A stretch of DNA of 64,000 bases from Squalus acanthias (Eukaryota), in the NCBI GenBank assembly GCA_030390025.1, contig JASTWF010000033.1, positions 5,210,001 through 5,274,000 on the forward strand, in the 5' to 3' direction. A program made the translations under genes and the position numbers. Of the stretch, positions 63,261-64,000 are shown in pieces (position 1 is the stretch's first letter; each line of letters starts with the position of its first letter). The notes under the pieces are model-generated. The model made no database searches. It was not told the DNA's origin and saw only the letters and a program-made list of their open reading frames with translations.

Positions 63261-64000
63261 TAGAAACATAGAAACATAGAAAATAGGTACAGGAGTAGAC
63301 CATTCGGTCCTTCGAGCCTGCACCGCCATTCAATGCGTTCATGGCTGAACATGCTACCTCAGTACCCCATTCCTGCTTTCTCGCCATACCCCTTGATCCC
63401 CTTAGTTGTGAGTGTTATATCTAACTCCCTTTTGAATATATTTAGCGAACTGGCCTCAACAACCTTCTGTGGAAGAGAATTCCATAGATTCACCACTCTC
63501 TGGGTGAAGAAGTTCCTCCTCAGCTCAGTCCTAAATGGCTTCCCCTTAATCCTTAGACTGTGACCCCTGGTTCTAGTTTTCCCTACCATTGGGAACATTC
63601 TGCCTGCATCTAATTTGTCTAAACCAGTCAGGATTTTAAATGTCTCTATAAGATCCCCCCTCATTCTTCTGAACTCCAGAGGATACAAGTTCAGTTGACC
63701 CAATCTTTCTTGATATGTCAGTCCGGCCATCCCAGGAATCAATCTAGTGAACCTTCGCTGCACTCCCTCAATAGCAAGAATGTCCTTCCTTAAGTTAGGA
63801 GACCAAAACTGCGCACAATACTCCAGGTGTGGCCTCACCAAGGCCCTGTACAACTGTAGCATCACCTCCCTACTCCTGTACTCAAATCCCCTTGCTATGA
63901 AGGCCATCATTCCGTTTGCTTTCTTGACTGCCTGCTGCACTTGCATTCCCACCTTCAGTGACTGATGTACCATGACGCCCAGGTCTCGTTGCACGTCCCC
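63261..64000 (-). mobile_element. CR1-type LINE 3' portion with (TTTCTATG)n tail, continuing beyond the window
   Basis: Open ORF 63359-63994 (QRDLGV...VRPHLEYCAQFWSP...RRMRGDLIETFKI); tail TAGAAACATAGAAACATAG. Confidence 0.94.

Overview
Vertebrate genomic DNA, most likely from a cartilaginous fish (inferred from CR1-type LINE 3' ends with (TTCTATG)/(TTCTTATG)/(TTTCTATG) tails and a two-exon GPR139-like GPCR of the type expanded in sharks and rays). About 73% of the window is three tandem arrays: a 16-bp satellite (1-7202), a 33-bp satellite (about 12195-15655) and a 26-bp satellite (18674-54500) with kb-scale internal duplications. Between the first two arrays lie two PIF/Harbinger elements in opposite orientations: a 773-bp non-autonomous element (7203-7975) and an apparently intact 4.2-kb autonomous element (7992-12178) encoding a DDE transposase and a 3-exon Myb/SANT protein. 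They are separated by exactly one 16-bp satellite monomer, and both sit at the same position in the monomer, which resembles the known Harbinger3_DR target site. A decayed retroviral pol relic (protease plus a foamy-virus-like RNase H, with RT apparently deleted) lies at about 17040-18020. The right end holds a GPR139-like gene with one frameshift (54953-56667) and a stack of minus-strand CR1 fragments. All calls were read by eye; no searches were run.
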